Part shown: positions 30,995-42,172 of the stretch, in pieces
How positions within the stretch are numbered: position 1 is the stretch's first letter
Layout: the number at the start of each line of letters is the position of its first letter
From: Candidatus Latescibacterota bacterium
GTDB lineage: Bacteria > Latescibacterota > CBDEFO01
Reading direction: 5' to 3'
Assembly: GCA_965237525.1 (NCBI GenBank)
Contig: CBDEFO010000008.1
Location: forward strand, 32,001-96,000
Length of the DNA stretch: 64,000 nt
Program-made: the position numbers and the translations under genes
Notes under the pieces: model-generated
The model's database searches: none
Told to the model about the DNA's origin: nothing
Seen by the model: the letters and a program-made list of their open reading frames with translations, nothing else

Positions 30995-31668
30995 AATCTC
31001 TCCCGGAAACCTTAGGGATATTCCTGATTTTGGGTGAACAGTTTTTTGCTTTCATTATCAAAATTGGACCATCTTGGCATGAGGTGCTTTCACAAAGAGG
31101 CTCATATCTCCTCGCTTACACTAAACACACTGTGCGTCAGGAGGCTTCTAACTCAAGACAGAGTGGAAGCCTCTTTGATGCCACATTTTCGTAAGTCAAG
31201 CAGTGGGCGGTTTCCATCGCTTCAACGCAACAGAGTCCTTCAAGCCAGGTTAGTCACGGCTTCTTTTTTCCGTGACCCCGCGTACGAAATCTCCTTCCCT
31301 TTACGGTAGGCGTAGTCGAAACCCAAGTCGTCAACCCGTTGGAAGTGCGGGTACGGTTCGTCGTTGTGTTGGCAGTAAAAACTACATGTTCGACAAAGGG
31401 GACAGGCCGCAATTTTCTTGTCAATTCGTCGAGGGGTGTGCACAATTAAAACTTGAGAAGCTAAATAGGATAGTGTTCTCTCCTTTGAGGGCATGAAGCA
31501 CTACTTACAAAAGGGGTACACTATGTCACAATCGGCTCTTATCGACTATATTTACAGCTTTTGCTGTCATTGAAATCTATCGTGTTTTCGCTATCTTTTG
31601 GGCAGATAAAATAAGCTCCTGTACGTGAAAAGTCAAGTCAAAATTTGACGCCACATCTTCGTTTTTCC

Positions 31669-31697
31669 TTGACAGTATAAAGTATCCAGACTATTAT
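31669..31697 (+). promoter_or_regulatory. Sigma70 promoter upstream of the TPR/CRTAC1 genes
   Basis: TTGACA-N17-TATTAT. Confidence 0.7.
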
Positions 31698-31789
31698 TAG
31701 TCGAGATTTGGTTCTGCGAATTCTATAGAGTTGCTTCCCGCTTGTATGGTAACTGAACCCGTAAGAGTCCATGCTCCATTGGAGATAGG

Positions 31790-33352
31790 TTGATGTTGAC
31801 GCACCCAGCAAATGTCTGGAAGGCGCAAAATATGCCCCTCTGCCTTCTTGGAGCTATCTTAATAGTGTGTTGCTCTGGGGAAGTTTACGGGCAGAAACTA
31901 AGTAAAGAGGACTCCCTGAGGAGCCAAGAGCATTATAAACTCGGCCGGTACTTTTCGAAAAGTGGGTACTATGAAGACGCAGAAAGAGAGTATAAAAAAG
32001 CGATTGAAGTAGATCCAAACAACGTCCGCGCTCACGACGGCCTCGGTTTTGTCTATTTCACACAAGCCAGACATGCCCAGGCAGTGGAGGAGTTGAAAAA
32101 GGCGATACAGATCGATCCGAACTATGTCCCTTCGCTATACAAGTTAGGTAAACTATCCTTTATACGCAAGGAATACGACAAAGCGAAAGACGCTTACGAA
32201 AGGGTTCTTAAGATAGATCCCAACTACTTTCCCGCGTATCATGGCCTGGGTGTTATCTACTCTCTAAATAGGGAGAAAGATAATGCTGAAAAGAGCTTGA
32301 AAATGGCCCTCAGGCTCAGTCCTAATTACGGACCTTCTCACTACAGACTCGGGATGATCTACCTGGAAAAACAGGAATACTCCGAGGCTATAGCAGAATT
32401 ACGGGTGGCCTTAAAGTTACTCCCCGACGAGCCGTCTATCTATTACGTTCTCGGGAACGCTTATATAGCAATGGGAAAACTCCCAGCAGCTGTAGAGACC
32501 TTCAAAAGGTCTTTAGAGCTGGATCCGAACCGTGCAGATGTGCACGATAAACTGGGATTGATTTATGCCCAACAGTCCCTTGCCGCTTTGGGGGCTGTAT
32601 ATTCGAACCAAGAGGAACTTGCAGCAGCCGTCGAGGAACACCGAAGGGCCGTGGAACTTGCTCCTGATAACGGATGGTTTCAGCACAATCTCGGCATGGC
32701 CTATGCGCGACAGCGAAAGTACGACACAGCGGCAGAGCAGTTCAGGAAAACGATCCAGATAGACCCGAATATAGCTCAGACGCACTATGAGCTCGGGCAG
32801 ATATACTCAAGAGACAAAAAATACAGCCAAGCCGCAGAAGAATACGAACAGGCCATCCGTCTTGAGCCCGACAATGCAGAGTTTCATTACAGTTTAGGCG
32901 CAGTCTGCGCTGAGTTAGGAAGAGGTGAAGAGGTGATCGAAAAATACAGGAAAGCCATCGAACTCGACCCTCATCATGCAGAAGCCCATTTCAGACTGGC
33001 TAACGCCTATATGAAAGGGGCCAGATTTGATGAGGGCGAGGAGGAGATGGAGATTTTCAGAGAACTGCGCGGAGATGATATACTCGATTTACAGGGGAGG
33101 GTAAAGATGGGTCCTGACGTTCCGCAATTTCACTACGACTTAGCGGTTGTCTATGCCAAACGGGGCAGACACGTAGAGGCTATCAGTGAGTATAAGCTCG
33201 CTATCGGTCTGGATCCCCATAATCCAGAGTATCACTATCGTCTCAGAGATTCCTATACAAAATTAGGCAGATATCAAGACGCCGAGAGGGAATTAGAGAT
33301 CTTCCGCAGACTGAAAAGACAAAAGCAAGAAACGATGGATCAACAGGACTGA
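31790..33352 (+). CDS. Exported tetratricopeptide-repeat protein
   Basis: More than 10 consecutive 34-aa repeats (AIxxDP...H..LG) after an N-terminal hydrophobic stretch. Confidence 0.92.
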   Translation: MMLTHPANVWKAQNMPLCLLGAILIVCCSGEVYGQKLSKEDSLRSQEHYKLGRYFSKSGYYEDAEREYKKAIEVDPNNVRAHDGLGFVYFTQARHAQAVEELKKAIQIDPNYVPSLYKLGKLSFIRKEYDKAKDAYERVLKIDPNYFPAYHGLGVIYSLNREKDNAEKSLKMALRLSPNYGPSHYRLGMIYLEKQEYSEAIAELRVALKLLPDEPSIYYVLGNAYIAMGKLPAAVETFKRSLELDPNRADVHDKLGLIYAQQSLAALGAVYSNQEELAAAVEEHRRAVELAPDNGWFQHNLGMAYARQRKYDTAAEQFRKTIQIDPNIAQTHYELGQIYSRDKKYSQAAEEYEQAIRLEPDNAEFHYSLGAVCAELGRGEEVIEKYRKAIELDPHHAEAHFRLANAYMKGARFDEGEEEMEIFRELRGDDILDLQGRVKMGPDVPQFHYDLAVVYAKRGRHVEAISEYKLAIGLDPHNPEYHYRLRDSYTKLGRYQDAERELEIFRRLKRQKQETMDQQD

Positions 33353-33397
33353 GGTTTAGCATCCTCTCTGAATCTTTTCCGTAGGTTTAAAGATTCT

Positions 33398-35209
33398 ATG
33401 GTGGTACGTACTCTCTTTTACATTTTTCTCCTTGTGGTATCGTTTGTGGGATGTCAGGAGGGGCAACAATCCTCAAAGAATAGTGCCAGAGATTTTGCAG
33501 AGGGCGATCGAGTTGATGTGTCACAGGACAGAAGCATATCGTCTCAAAAGACGGACAACGCCAAAGCCTTTCCGGAGGACGGTCGAGTTAAGTTCGTGGA
33601 TGTAGCACCGGATTTGGGCGTCGTTTTGAGGAACGTCTCCGGAGACAGCGAGCAGTCATACATCGTGGATGCTATCATGGGAGGATCGGTGTTTTTTGAT
33701 TATGACAACGATGGGGATTTAGATCTGTATGTTTTGAACGGATCGAAAGTTGTGGGGTTTCCAGACGGAGATCATCCCCGAAATGCTCTTTACAGGAACG
33801 ATGGCAGCAAGTTCTACGATGTGACGGAAGAATCGGGATTGGGAGATGAGGGTTGGGGGATGGGCTGCGCAGCGGGGGACTACGATAACGATGGGGATCT
33901 GGACGTCTATGTGACTAATTATGGGGGAAACGTGTTGTATTGCAACCAGGGAGACGGAACCTTTCAAGATGTGACAGGATACGCCCGGGTGGGGAATGAA
34001 GGTTTCAGCACAGGATGCGCGTTTTTCGATTACGACCTCGATGGAGACCTGGACCTGTACGTCGCAAACTACGTCGATTTTAAACACTTCATGGAGACCA
34101 CTCCCGATAAGAGGTACACTTGGAAAGGCTTAACGGTCCACTTCGGGCCTCGTGGGATAAGAGGAGGTGCGGATATGTTGTATCGCAACCAGGGAGACGG
34201 AACTTTTTCGGATGTGACAGAGGAGGCGCAGGTTGTGGGTGAAAAGATGCTCTACGGTCTCGGCGTGATCTGCGGAGATTATGACAACGACGGAGACCAA
34301 GACATCTATGTGGCAAACGATACCGGTCCTAACTATTTCTGGAAAAACAACGGTGACGGGACGTTTGTCGACGTAGCCTGGATGATTGGTGCGGCCTACA
34401 GCGGAAGCGGTGAGGCACAAAATGGTATGGGTATTGCCTTTGGAGATTACGACAACGACGGCTATCAGGACTTATTGGTCACCAACTTTTGGGGAGATAC
34501 CAATACTCTCTACCATAACGATAAAGGAGCATTCTTTTCAGATGTCAGCTTCGATGCCAGAATAGGGTTGGAGAGCTTCAATTTCCTGGCTTGGGGCACA
34601 GCATTCTTTGACTACGACAACGACGGGGACAAAGACCTTTTCGTCGCCAACGGGCATCTCTTCCCGCAGTTAGATAAAGCAGATTGGGGAGTTAGCTATG
34701 CCCAGACGAATCAACTCTTTGAGAATCTGGGAGATGGCACATTCGACGAAGTGTCCGAGCTTTCAGGTGATGGATTGCTGATCAAAAAGGTAAGCAGGGG
34801 AGCTTCCTTCGGAGATTACGACAACGATGGGGATATAGACATATTCGTCCTGAATCTGAACGATACTCCTACTTTTCTGCGCAACGAAGGCGGCAACCGA
34901 AACAACTGGTTAATGGTCAAGACTGTGGGGGTTGAAAGTAACAGGGACGGTATAGGAGCAAAGATAAAGGTTAACTGTGGGGGACTCACCCAGGTAAATG
35001 AGGTCAGAAGCGGCTCTAGCTATCTATCGCAGAACGATCTTAGGGTTCACTTCGGCCTGGGGAAGAGCGACACTGTAGATCTGTTGGAAGTAATCTGGCC
35101 AAGCGGCCTCGTCGAAAGGTTTGAAAATCTCTCTCCCAACCGAGTTGTAATAGTCCAGGAGGGCAGTGGAATAATGAAGGGAACCTCGTTATCCGGCATA
35201 TCGCCTTGA
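33398..35209 (+). CDS. CRTAC1/ASPIC-UnbV family FG-GAP repeat lipoprotein
   Basis: Repeated DYDNDGDLD motifs, C-terminal SNRDGIGA...SYLSQND.RVHFGLG, lipobox-like FVGC. Confidence 0.92.
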   Translation: MVVRTLFYIFLLVVSFVGCQEGQQSSKNSARDFAEGDRVDVSQDRSISSQKTDNAKAFPEDGRVKFVDVAPDLGVVLRNVSGDSEQSYIVDAIMGGSVFFDYDNDGDLDLYVLNGSKVVGFPDGDHPRNALYRNDGSKFYDVTEESGLGDEGWGMGCAAGDYDNDGDLDVYVTNYGGNVLYCNQGDGTFQDVTGYARVGNEGFSTGCAFFDYDLDGDLDLYVANYVDFKHFMETTPDKRYTWKGLTVHFGPRGIRGGADMLYRNQGDGTFSDVTEEAQVVGEKMLYGLGVICGDYDNDGDQDIYVANDTGPNYFWKNNGDGTFVDVAWMIGAAYSGSGEAQNGMGIAFGDYDNDGYQDLLVTNFWGDTNTLYHNDKGAFFSDVSFDARIGLESFNFLAWGTAFFDYDNDGDKDLFVANGHLFPQLDKADWGVSYAQTNQLFENLGDGTFDEVSELSGDGLLIKKVSRGASFGDYDNDGDIDIFVLNLNDTPTFLRNEGGNRNNWLMVKTVGVESNRDGIGAKIKVNCGGLTQVNEVRSGSSYLSQNDLRVHFGLGKSDTVDLLEVIWPSGLVERFENLSPNRVVIVQEGSGIMKGTSLSGISP

Positions 35210-35398
35210 ACTGCAAAGCCGCGGCAATTAAGGATAAGGACATAATGGGTTGCTCTCTTGAACACCTACCACTTTTATCGAAAAAATGTATTGATATTCG
35301 GAGGCAAGATATCGCTATATTCGGAAATCAGAATTGCCATGATTTCATAAATAGATTATATACCACATCAGAAGAGTGTAAGGACCTTTTTTTAATTT

Positions 35399-37387
35399 AT
35401 GGCGACAAGGACTGAGGATTTCAAAACTGATTATACCTTTGGCCAGGAGAGACCACCTCGACGTTTTACCGTCAGATCTTTTGTTGTGGGAGCAGCGCTC
35501 TCCCTTTTTATATCCATAGCCGCCCCATACAGCGATGCCCATATCATGGGCTCCTGGATGGCTGGAGCCTTCAGCAACGGCATCGCTCTCTTCCTGCTAT
35601 TTATCCTCGTAGCGATACTAAATCCCCTTTTGAAATTGATCAGGAAGGGGATCGAGTTTGAAGCCACCGAATTAGTTACGATCTACATTATGATGATCGT
35701 AGCTTCGTCCATAGTGGCTGTGGGCCTCACAGAGCACCTCCTTCCTACCATTGTCGGTGTATACTACTTTGCTACCCCTGAGAACGACTGGGTCAATCTG
35801 ATTCATCCATATATCCCCGATTGGATATCCCCGAGCGATCCAGAATATATCAACTATTTCTACGAAGGTCTGCCCAGGGGAGAGGCGATGCCGTGGGGTA
35901 TATGGATCGGGCCCCTCTTGTACTGGTCTTCTTTTGCCATTGCCCTGTATTTTGTGATGATATGCATGATGGTGATCTTAAGGAGGCAGTGGGTGGAGAG
36001 GGAGAGGGTGATCTATCCGTTTGCCCAGACACCTATGGAGATGATAGGGGACGATAAGAGTGGTTATTTTGCGCCATTTTTCAAAAATCCCGTCATGTGG
36101 CTCGGATTTGCCATCCCCTTTATCATAGACAGCATAAATTCTCTCCATGGATTCTACCCATTCATCCCAAGGATAGACGTTTGGTCCTCTATGTCTATAT
36201 TTCGCAACACAATTCGCTTTTCTTTCGCAACCATCTTTCATGTCATCGGATTCGTTTATCTCATACCCCGCGACGTCGCCCTTGCGATTTGGTCCTTCTC
36301 CCTCTTTGCCAACGTGGAGCAGGGCATATTCAATATCATCGGTCTTCAAGAGACCAGAATGACGAGCATCTATATTTCTCACTGGACATCCAATTCACCG
36401 TATCTGCTCCATCAGGGCATGGGAGCTATGATAGCGTTTGTCATGTTAGGGCTGTGGACAGGTCGCGAGCATCTCAAAGGCGTCCTGAGGAAAGCATTCA
36501 AAAACGATCCCAATGTGGACGACTCGGACGAGATTCTATCTTACCGGAGCGCTTTCTTTGGCATGGTTGCAGGGCTCCTCTTTATGACCTTTTGGCTGTG
36601 GGCCAGCGGAATACCCTTGTGGATCGTCCCGGTATTCTTGTTTGGAGCTTTTGTCGTCTATACAGCGATGACCCGTGTAGTAGCAGAGGGAGGGATGCCT
36701 GATATGCGGCCACCGATGCTTGGTGCAGACTTCGTCATAACGGGGCTTGGGACCTCTGTTTTAGGGCCCAAAGGATTAGTTGCTCTGGGGCACACGTTAA
36801 CCTGGCACGGTGAGATGAGGACGTTTGTTATGGCTTCGTGCGCCAACGGGCTCAAGTTGATCAATGTGGTTGCAGGTAATAGAAGGCCACTCTTTTGGGC
36901 GATGATGTTATCCATCGTTCTGAGTCTGGCAGGATCGATGTGGATCGTGCTGTACCTTGCATACGAAGAAGGCGGTATCAACCTCTACTCCTGGTTTTTC
37001 GGCGGGGCTCCCAAAGTACCCTTCATTTACATAACTTTAAGGGTGAAGGAGGCCCTTACTCCCGATATCGGAGGATGGATAGCGACAGGCGTAGGGGCAT
37101 CTGTTATGGGCCTTTTGACCTTTATCCGCTACCGCTTTATATGGTGGCCTATCCATCCCATCGGCTACGTAATCACCCCCGTGTTCTTAATAAATCAGTT
37201 GTGGTTCAGCGTCTTTTTAGCGTGGTTCTTGAAGGTAGTCATACTCAAATACGGCGGCGCTGCAGTATTCAGGAAAACTCGACCTTTCTTTTTAGGTCTG
37301 ATCTTGGGGCAGATGGTCGTGACAGGGACATGGCTCATTATAGAATTCTTTACAGGGATGAGGGGCAATGGCATCAGGGTCTTATAG
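35399..37387 (+). CDS. DUF6785/DUF6784-like membrane protein (paralogue 3)
   Basis: 662 aa; collinear with paralogues 1 and 2. Confidence 0.8.
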   Translation: MATRTEDFKTDYTFGQERPPRRFTVRSFVVGAALSLFISIAAPYSDAHIMGSWMAGAFSNGIALFLLFILVAILNPLLKLIRKGIEFEATELVTIYIMMIVASSIVAVGLTEHLLPTIVGVYYFATPENDWVNLIHPYIPDWISPSDPEYINYFYEGLPRGEAMPWGIWIGPLLYWSSFAIALYFVMICMMVILRRQWVERERVIYPFAQTPMEMIGDDKSGYFAPFFKNPVMWLGFAIPFIIDSINSLHGFYPFIPRIDVWSSMSIFRNTIRFSFATIFHVIGFVYLIPRDVALAIWSFSLFANVEQGIFNIIGLQETRMTSIYISHWTSNSPYLLHQGMGAMIAFVMLGLWTGREHLKGVLRKAFKNDPNVDDSDEILSYRSAFFGMVAGLLFMTFWLWASGIPLWIVPVFLFGAFVVYTAMTRVVAEGGMPDMRPPMLGADFVITGLGTSVLGPKGLVALGHTLTWHGEMRTFVMASCANGLKLINVVAGNRRPLFWAMMLSIVLSLAGSMWIVLYLAYEEGGINLYSWFFGGAPKVPFIYITLRVKEALTPDIGGWIATGVGASVMGLLTFIRYRFIWWPIHPIGYVITPVFLINQLWFSVFLAWFLKVVILKYGGAAVFRKTRPFFLGLILGQMVVTGTWLIIEFFTGMRGNGIRVL

Positions 37388-37454
37388 GGAACTGGCGCAT
37401 TTATAATAGCTTATATACCACATTAGAAGGGTGTAAGGACCCTTTTTTTAATTT

Positions 37455-39461
37455 ATGGAGACAAGGACTGAGGATTTAAAAACTGATTATACCTTTGGCC
37501 AGGAGAGACCGCCTCGACGTTTTACCGTCAGATCTTTTGTTGTGGGTACAGGACTCTCCTTTTTTATATCCATAGCCGCCCCATACAGCGATGCCATGAT
37601 TATGGGCTCCTGGATGGCTGGAGCCTTCAGCACCGGTGGGGCTCTCTTCCTTCTATTTATCCTTGTAGCAATACTAAATCCCCTTTTGAAATTGATCAAA
37701 AGGGGGATCGAGTTTGAAGCCACCGAATTGGTTACGATATACATTATGATGATCGTAGCTTCGTCTATAGTGGCTGTAGGCCTCACCGAACACCTACTTC
37801 CGGCAATCGTGGGTGTATACTACTTTGCTACACCTGAGAACGACTGGGTCAATCTGATTCATCCATATATCCCCGATTGGATATCCCCTCGAGATCCAGA
37901 GTATATCAACTATTTCTACGAAGGTCTGCCCAGGGGAGAGGCGATACCGTGGGGGATATGGATCGGGCCCCTTTTGTACTGGTCTTCGTTTGCGATTGCT
38001 CTGTATTTTGTGATGATATGCATGATGGTGATTTTAAGAAGGCAGTGGGTGGAGAGGGAGAGGGTGATCTATCCGTTTGCTCAGACACCTATGGAGATGA
38101 TAGGGGACGACAACAGTAGTTATCTTGCGCCATTTTTCAAAAATCCAGTTATGTGGCTGGGATTTGCCATCCCTTTTGTCATAGACAGCGTAAGGGCCCT
38201 CCATGGATACTACCCATTCATTCCAGACATACGCATTGGAGTCGGGCACGCCGCCGCGCCCAGTATGTTCATGTTTGGCGGGACAATTCACATTCTTTTC
38301 ATGTTCCGCTTTCATGTTATTGGATTCGTTTATCTCATACCCCGCGACGTCGCCCTTGCGATTTGGTCCTTCTCCCTGTTAGCCATTCTGGAGCAGGGCA
38401 TATTCAATATGCTCGGTCTTCCACAGACCACAATGACGAGTATCTACATTTCTCACTGGACATTAAATTCACCGTTTCTGCTCTTTCAGGGCATGGGAGC
38501 TATGATAGCCTTCGTCCTGTTAGGGCTGTGGACAGGTCGGGAGCATCTCAAAGGAGTCCTGAGGAAAGCCTTCAAGAACGATCCGGATGTTGACGACTCG
38601 GACGAAATTCTATCTTACCGGAGCGCTTTCTTTGGGATGGTTGCAGGGCTCCTTTTTGTGACCTTTTGGCTGTGGGCCAGCGGAATACCCCTCTGGATCG
38701 TTCCGGTATTCTTGTTTGGAGCTTTTGTCGTCTATACAGCGATGACCCGTGTAGCAGTAGAGGGAGGGATGCCTGATATGCGGCCACCGATGCTGGGTTC
38801 GGACTTCGTCATAACGGGGCTTGGGACCTCTGTTTTAGGGCCCAAAGGATTAGTTGCTCTGGGGCACACCTTGACCTGGCACGGTGAGATGAGGACGTTT
38901 GTTATGGCTTCGTGCGCCAACGGGCTCAAGTTGATCAATGTGGTTGCAGGTAATAGAAGGCCGCTTTTCTGGGCGATGATGTTATCCATCGTTGTGAGTT
39001 TGGCAGGATCGATGTGGATTGTGCTGGACCTTGCATACGGAGAAGGCGGTATCAACCTCTACCGCTGGTTTTTTAACGGGGCTCCCAAAGTACACTTCAT
39101 TTACATAACTTTAAGGGTGAAGGACGCCCTTACTCCCGATATCGGAGGATGGATAGCCACCGGCATAGGGGCATCTGTTATGGCACTTTTGACCTTTATC
39201 CGCTACCGCTTTATATGGTGGCCTATCCATCCTATCGGCTACGTAATCACCCCCGTGTTCTTAATAAATCAGCTGTGGATTAGCGTCTTTACAGCGTGGT
39301 TTTTGAAGGTAGTCATACTCAAATACGGCGGCGCTGCAGTATTCAGAAAAACTCGACCTTTCTTTTTAGGTCTGATCTTAGGGACGATGGTCGTGGCAGG
39401 GACGTGGCTAATTGTAGATTTCTTCACTGGAATGAGGGGCAATGGACTTTATGTCTTATGA
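37455..39461 (+). CDS. DUF6785/DUF6784-like membrane protein (paralogue 4)
   Basis: 668 aa; 6-aa insertion in the variable loop relative to paralogue 3. Confidence 0.8.
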   Translation: METRTEDLKTDYTFGQERPPRRFTVRSFVVGTGLSFFISIAAPYSDAMIMGSWMAGAFSTGGALFLLFILVAILNPLLKLIKRGIEFEATELVTIYIMMIVASSIVAVGLTEHLLPAIVGVYYFATPENDWVNLIHPYIPDWISPRDPEYINYFYEGLPRGEAIPWGIWIGPLLYWSSFAIALYFVMICMMVILRRQWVERERVIYPFAQTPMEMIGDDNSSYLAPFFKNPVMWLGFAIPFVIDSVRALHGYYPFIPDIRIGVGHAAAPSMFMFGGTIHILFMFRFHVIGFVYLIPRDVALAIWSFSLLAILEQGIFNMLGLPQTTMTSIYISHWTLNSPFLLFQGMGAMIAFVLLGLWTGREHLKGVLRKAFKNDPDVDDSDEILSYRSAFFGMVAGLLFVTFWLWASGIPLWIVPVFLFGAFVVYTAMTRVAVEGGMPDMRPPMLGSDFVITGLGTSVLGPKGLVALGHTLTWHGEMRTFVMASCANGLKLINVVAGNRRPLFWAMMLSIVVSLAGSMWIVLDLAYGEGGINLYRWFFNGAPKVHFIYITLRVKDALTPDIGGWIATGIGASVMALLTFIRYRFIWWPIHPIGYVITPVFLINQLWISVFTAWFLKVVILKYGGAAVFRKTRPFFLGLILGTMVVAGTWLIVDFFTGMRGNGLYVL

Positions 39462-39469
39462 AGGGCCAT

Positions 39470-39974
39470 TCAGTTCTTGCAATGTTGCTTCAGGTAGTTG
39501 GAAACATGACAGAGTTGTTTGACATCGATCTGGATATGTTCAAAGGGGCGTAGTTTCTCTTTCCACTGGCAGGCAAGTCTCTTTCGCTTCCATCTTCGCC
39601 TGCGTTTGTTTATGAGTCGGAGCTTTACGATGAGCTTTCTGATCTCCTCCGGTAACAGACAGTGAGGGTTTATGGGTGCTTTCGTGTGATTTTCAAGACT
39701 CTTTACAGTCGGCCTTCACGATAACGCTTGAGCCATTTTCTTACGCTCTTGCGTGTTGTATTAAAAGCCCTTGCAGCATACGAGACACCGTATTGTTGTG
39801 CAGTCTGAACCATCTTGATACGCAGATCAACAGGATTAGGATTATGTGCAAGAACGTCGCTATAAGTGATTGTATTCTCCCTGGTATCTACCCTCCTTTC
39901 TTCGCCCCTAACTTAAATATAGACAAAATTATCCCGTGTGGATGGATACCATGTTCCTTTACTCTTCTTGGACA
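39470..39974 (-). pseudogene. IS481-like transposase remnant with probable left end
   Basis: Manual translation LRIKMVQTAQQYGVSYAARAFNTTRKSVRKWLKRY / SLENHTKAP.NPH / LRPFEHIQIDVK. Frameshifted and truncated; 5'-TGT at 39974. Confidence 0.7.
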
Positions 39975-40094
39975 CTAAAATTACTGTTGACAAAATAGGA
40001 TTATTATCTTATAAATAAACAGGATGATTCTTGCGATCTGAACACTCTGTACATATAGAAGAGAGACATTCTTATGTAATATGAAGGGGGGTAA

Positions 40095-40751
40095 ATGGCT
40101 GATTTCCAAGGTCTATCTGATAGCATAATTACAGGAGATGCTCCCAGGGCGAAGGAGTTGACAATAGAAGCGGTGGAGGAGGGAATAGACCCCAAGGTGA
40201 TTCTGGATGAAGGAATGATTCCGGGGATGGCTGTTGTAGGCGAAAGATTCAGAAAAAATGAGATATACGTGCCCGAAGTCCTGATCTCTGCGCGAGCCAT
40301 GAAGACGGCAATGCAGATCATAAGGCCACTGCTGACGGAGACGGGAGTCGAAGCTGTGGGCAGTGCTGTCTTGGGAACCGTGAAGGGAGATCTCCACGAC
40401 ATAGGCAAGAATCTTGTAGGAATGATGATGGAGGGCGCGGGTATAACGGTGGTGAATCTGGGTGTAGATGTTCAGATAGACCAGTGGATTGAATACGTCG
40501 AAGAGCACAAGCCAGATATATTGGGCATGTCCGCTCTTTTGACGACTACGATGCCCGGGATGGCAGATGTCATTGAGGCCCTCGAAGAGGAGGATTTGAG
40601 GGATGACATTATTGTAATGATCGGCGGGGCACCTGTGACTCAGAGCTTCGCAGATGAAATAGGAGCGGACGGCTACGCCCCCGATGCTGCTTCGGCTGTG
40701 GACAAGGCCAAGGAACTCTTGGGAGTAACGGCAAAGCAAGAAAGTTCATAG
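40095..40751 (+). CDS. Corrinoid (cobalamin-binding) protein, MttC/MtbC-like
   Basis: GDLHDIGKNLV, SALLTTT and MIGGAP B12-binding motifs. Confidence 0.93.
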   Translation: MADFQGLSDSIITGDAPRAKELTIEAVEEGIDPKVILDEGMIPGMAVVGERFRKNEIYVPEVLISARAMKTAMQIIRPLLTETGVEAVGSAVLGTVKGDLHDIGKNLVGMMMEGAGITVVNLGVDVQIDQWIEYVEEHKPDILGMSALLTTTMPGMADVIEALEEEDLRDDIIVMIGGAPVTQSFADEIGADGYAPDAASAVDKAKELLGVTAKQESS

Positions 40752-40770
40752 ATCCCTGCCAGGCTTGAAA

Positions 40771-41562
40771 TTAATCCCACTCAGACCCCATAACTTCCTG
40801 CGTCATCCTCATCATTCCCGCTGTGAGTCCGCCGTCTATGACGAATACAGCCCCAGTGGCAAAGGAGGATTCATCGGAGGCTAAAAAGAGGACTGCGTTA
40901 GCAATATCTTCAGGTTTTCCCACTCTCCCTAATGGATACCATTTAGCAAGTCTGTCAAGGACGTGGGGATCTTTGGCGACTCTTTCTTCCCATATTTCGG
41001 TGTGTATAGTTCCAGGGCAGATGGCGTTGACTCTTACTCCCTTCTGCCCATAGCGAACGGCCATAGTCCTCGTGAGGGATAAGACTCCGGCCTTTGCCGC
41101 ACTGTAAGAACTTGCTCCGAATCCCATAAGTGCATTGACAGAGGATATATTGACTATGGATCCTCCTCCTCCTTCCATCATGTAAGGGAGGACAGCCTTG
41201 GAGCAGGGGTATTGACTCTTTAAGACCACTTGTATATCAAGGTCCCACGTCTCCTCGTCAGTTTCGTGGACTTCCTCTCCCTTACAGATAGCGGCATTGT
41301 TTACAAGGCAATCTATCCTCCCGAACTCGTTGAGTGCAGATTGCGCCATAGTCTGGACCTGGTCGGATTTCGTCACGTCTGTGTGGAGGTAGATCGCTGG
41401 TCTTTTTTTGTCTTTGATGACCTGAACGGTCTTTTCTCCCCCACGGTCATTTATGTCTGCAACTACAATATTTGCCCCTTCTTCCGACAGAAGGTAAGCT
41501 GTAGCGCGTCCGATGCCTGAAGCCGCGCCTGTGATTACGGCGACTTTGTCTTTAACTCTCAT
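40771..41562 (-). CDS. Short-chain dehydrogenase/reductase
   Basis: TGAASGIG, NNA, YSAAK and NAICPG motifs. Confidence 0.93.
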   Translation of the reverse strand: MRVKDKVAVITGAASGIGRATAYLLSEEGANIVVADINDRGGEKTVQVIKDKKRPAIYLHTDVTKSDQVQTMAQSALNEFGRIDCLVNNAAICKGEEVHETDEETWDLDIQVVLKSQYPCSKAVLPYMMEGGGGSIVNISSVNALMGFGASSYSAAKAGVLSLTRTMAVRYGQKGVRVNAICPGTIHTEIWEERVAKDPHVLDRLAKWYPLGRVGKPEDIANAVLFLASDESSFATGAVFVIDGGLTAGMMRMTQEVMGSEWD

Positions 41563-41588
41563 GGGAGACCTCTGTCTCGTAGGCTCTT

Positions 41589-42172
41589 TCAAGACTCAAA
41601 CTCAAGATTTATCTCGTTGGTCAAGATGAATTGGGACAGCTCGCTGCGCTTGAGTTCGAGGTAAAAATCGATGACACCACCGAAATTGCCTCTGACAATA
41701 CCTTTTCCCCTATATGAATAGGCATGCATAGGGGCATAGCCACCCGATGCGCTGTCTTCTTCAGCGGTCTAGTCCTTGCATTCAAAGTTAACAGGGCTAA
41801 CATCGTGGGTAGGTTCGAAAACATACCCTTGCATCGATCGGCCAGAGTCTTATCAAAGATCTCAAACGAGAAGTTGAATTCGGTGCTGGCGATCTTCTTT
41901 AAGGACTTGATTGAGATGCTGATAGGAGGGGTCGCTCTGGCTATGGCTCTTTTGAACTCTTCCACGACGCTGTCTTCCAGACACAGATGGACGAGATTCT
42001 CAAACTCGAACAGTTCCGATAACAAATCCCTCAGGGTGTGCCGCCTGATACCTACCTTTCGATGAAGAAAGTATCTTGGGAGCTCAGGGTAGGTGCAGAG
42101 AAATCCCACCAAGAATCCTTTCACCAGCGCGAAAGGACCCTCAATCACCAATTCTGAGAATGTCGTTTTCAC
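41589..42172 (-). pseudogene. Hypothetical protein, probably frameshifted
   Basis: A more natural C-terminus (GYAPMHAYSYRGKGIVRGNFGGV...LEFES*) lies in another frame after ~41805 and contains a TAG. Confidence 0.55.

Noticed and set aside
31240..31494. Cys-containing ORF or structured RNA
   Set aside because: Overlapping short ORFs on both strands, one small hairpin, no recognisable motif.
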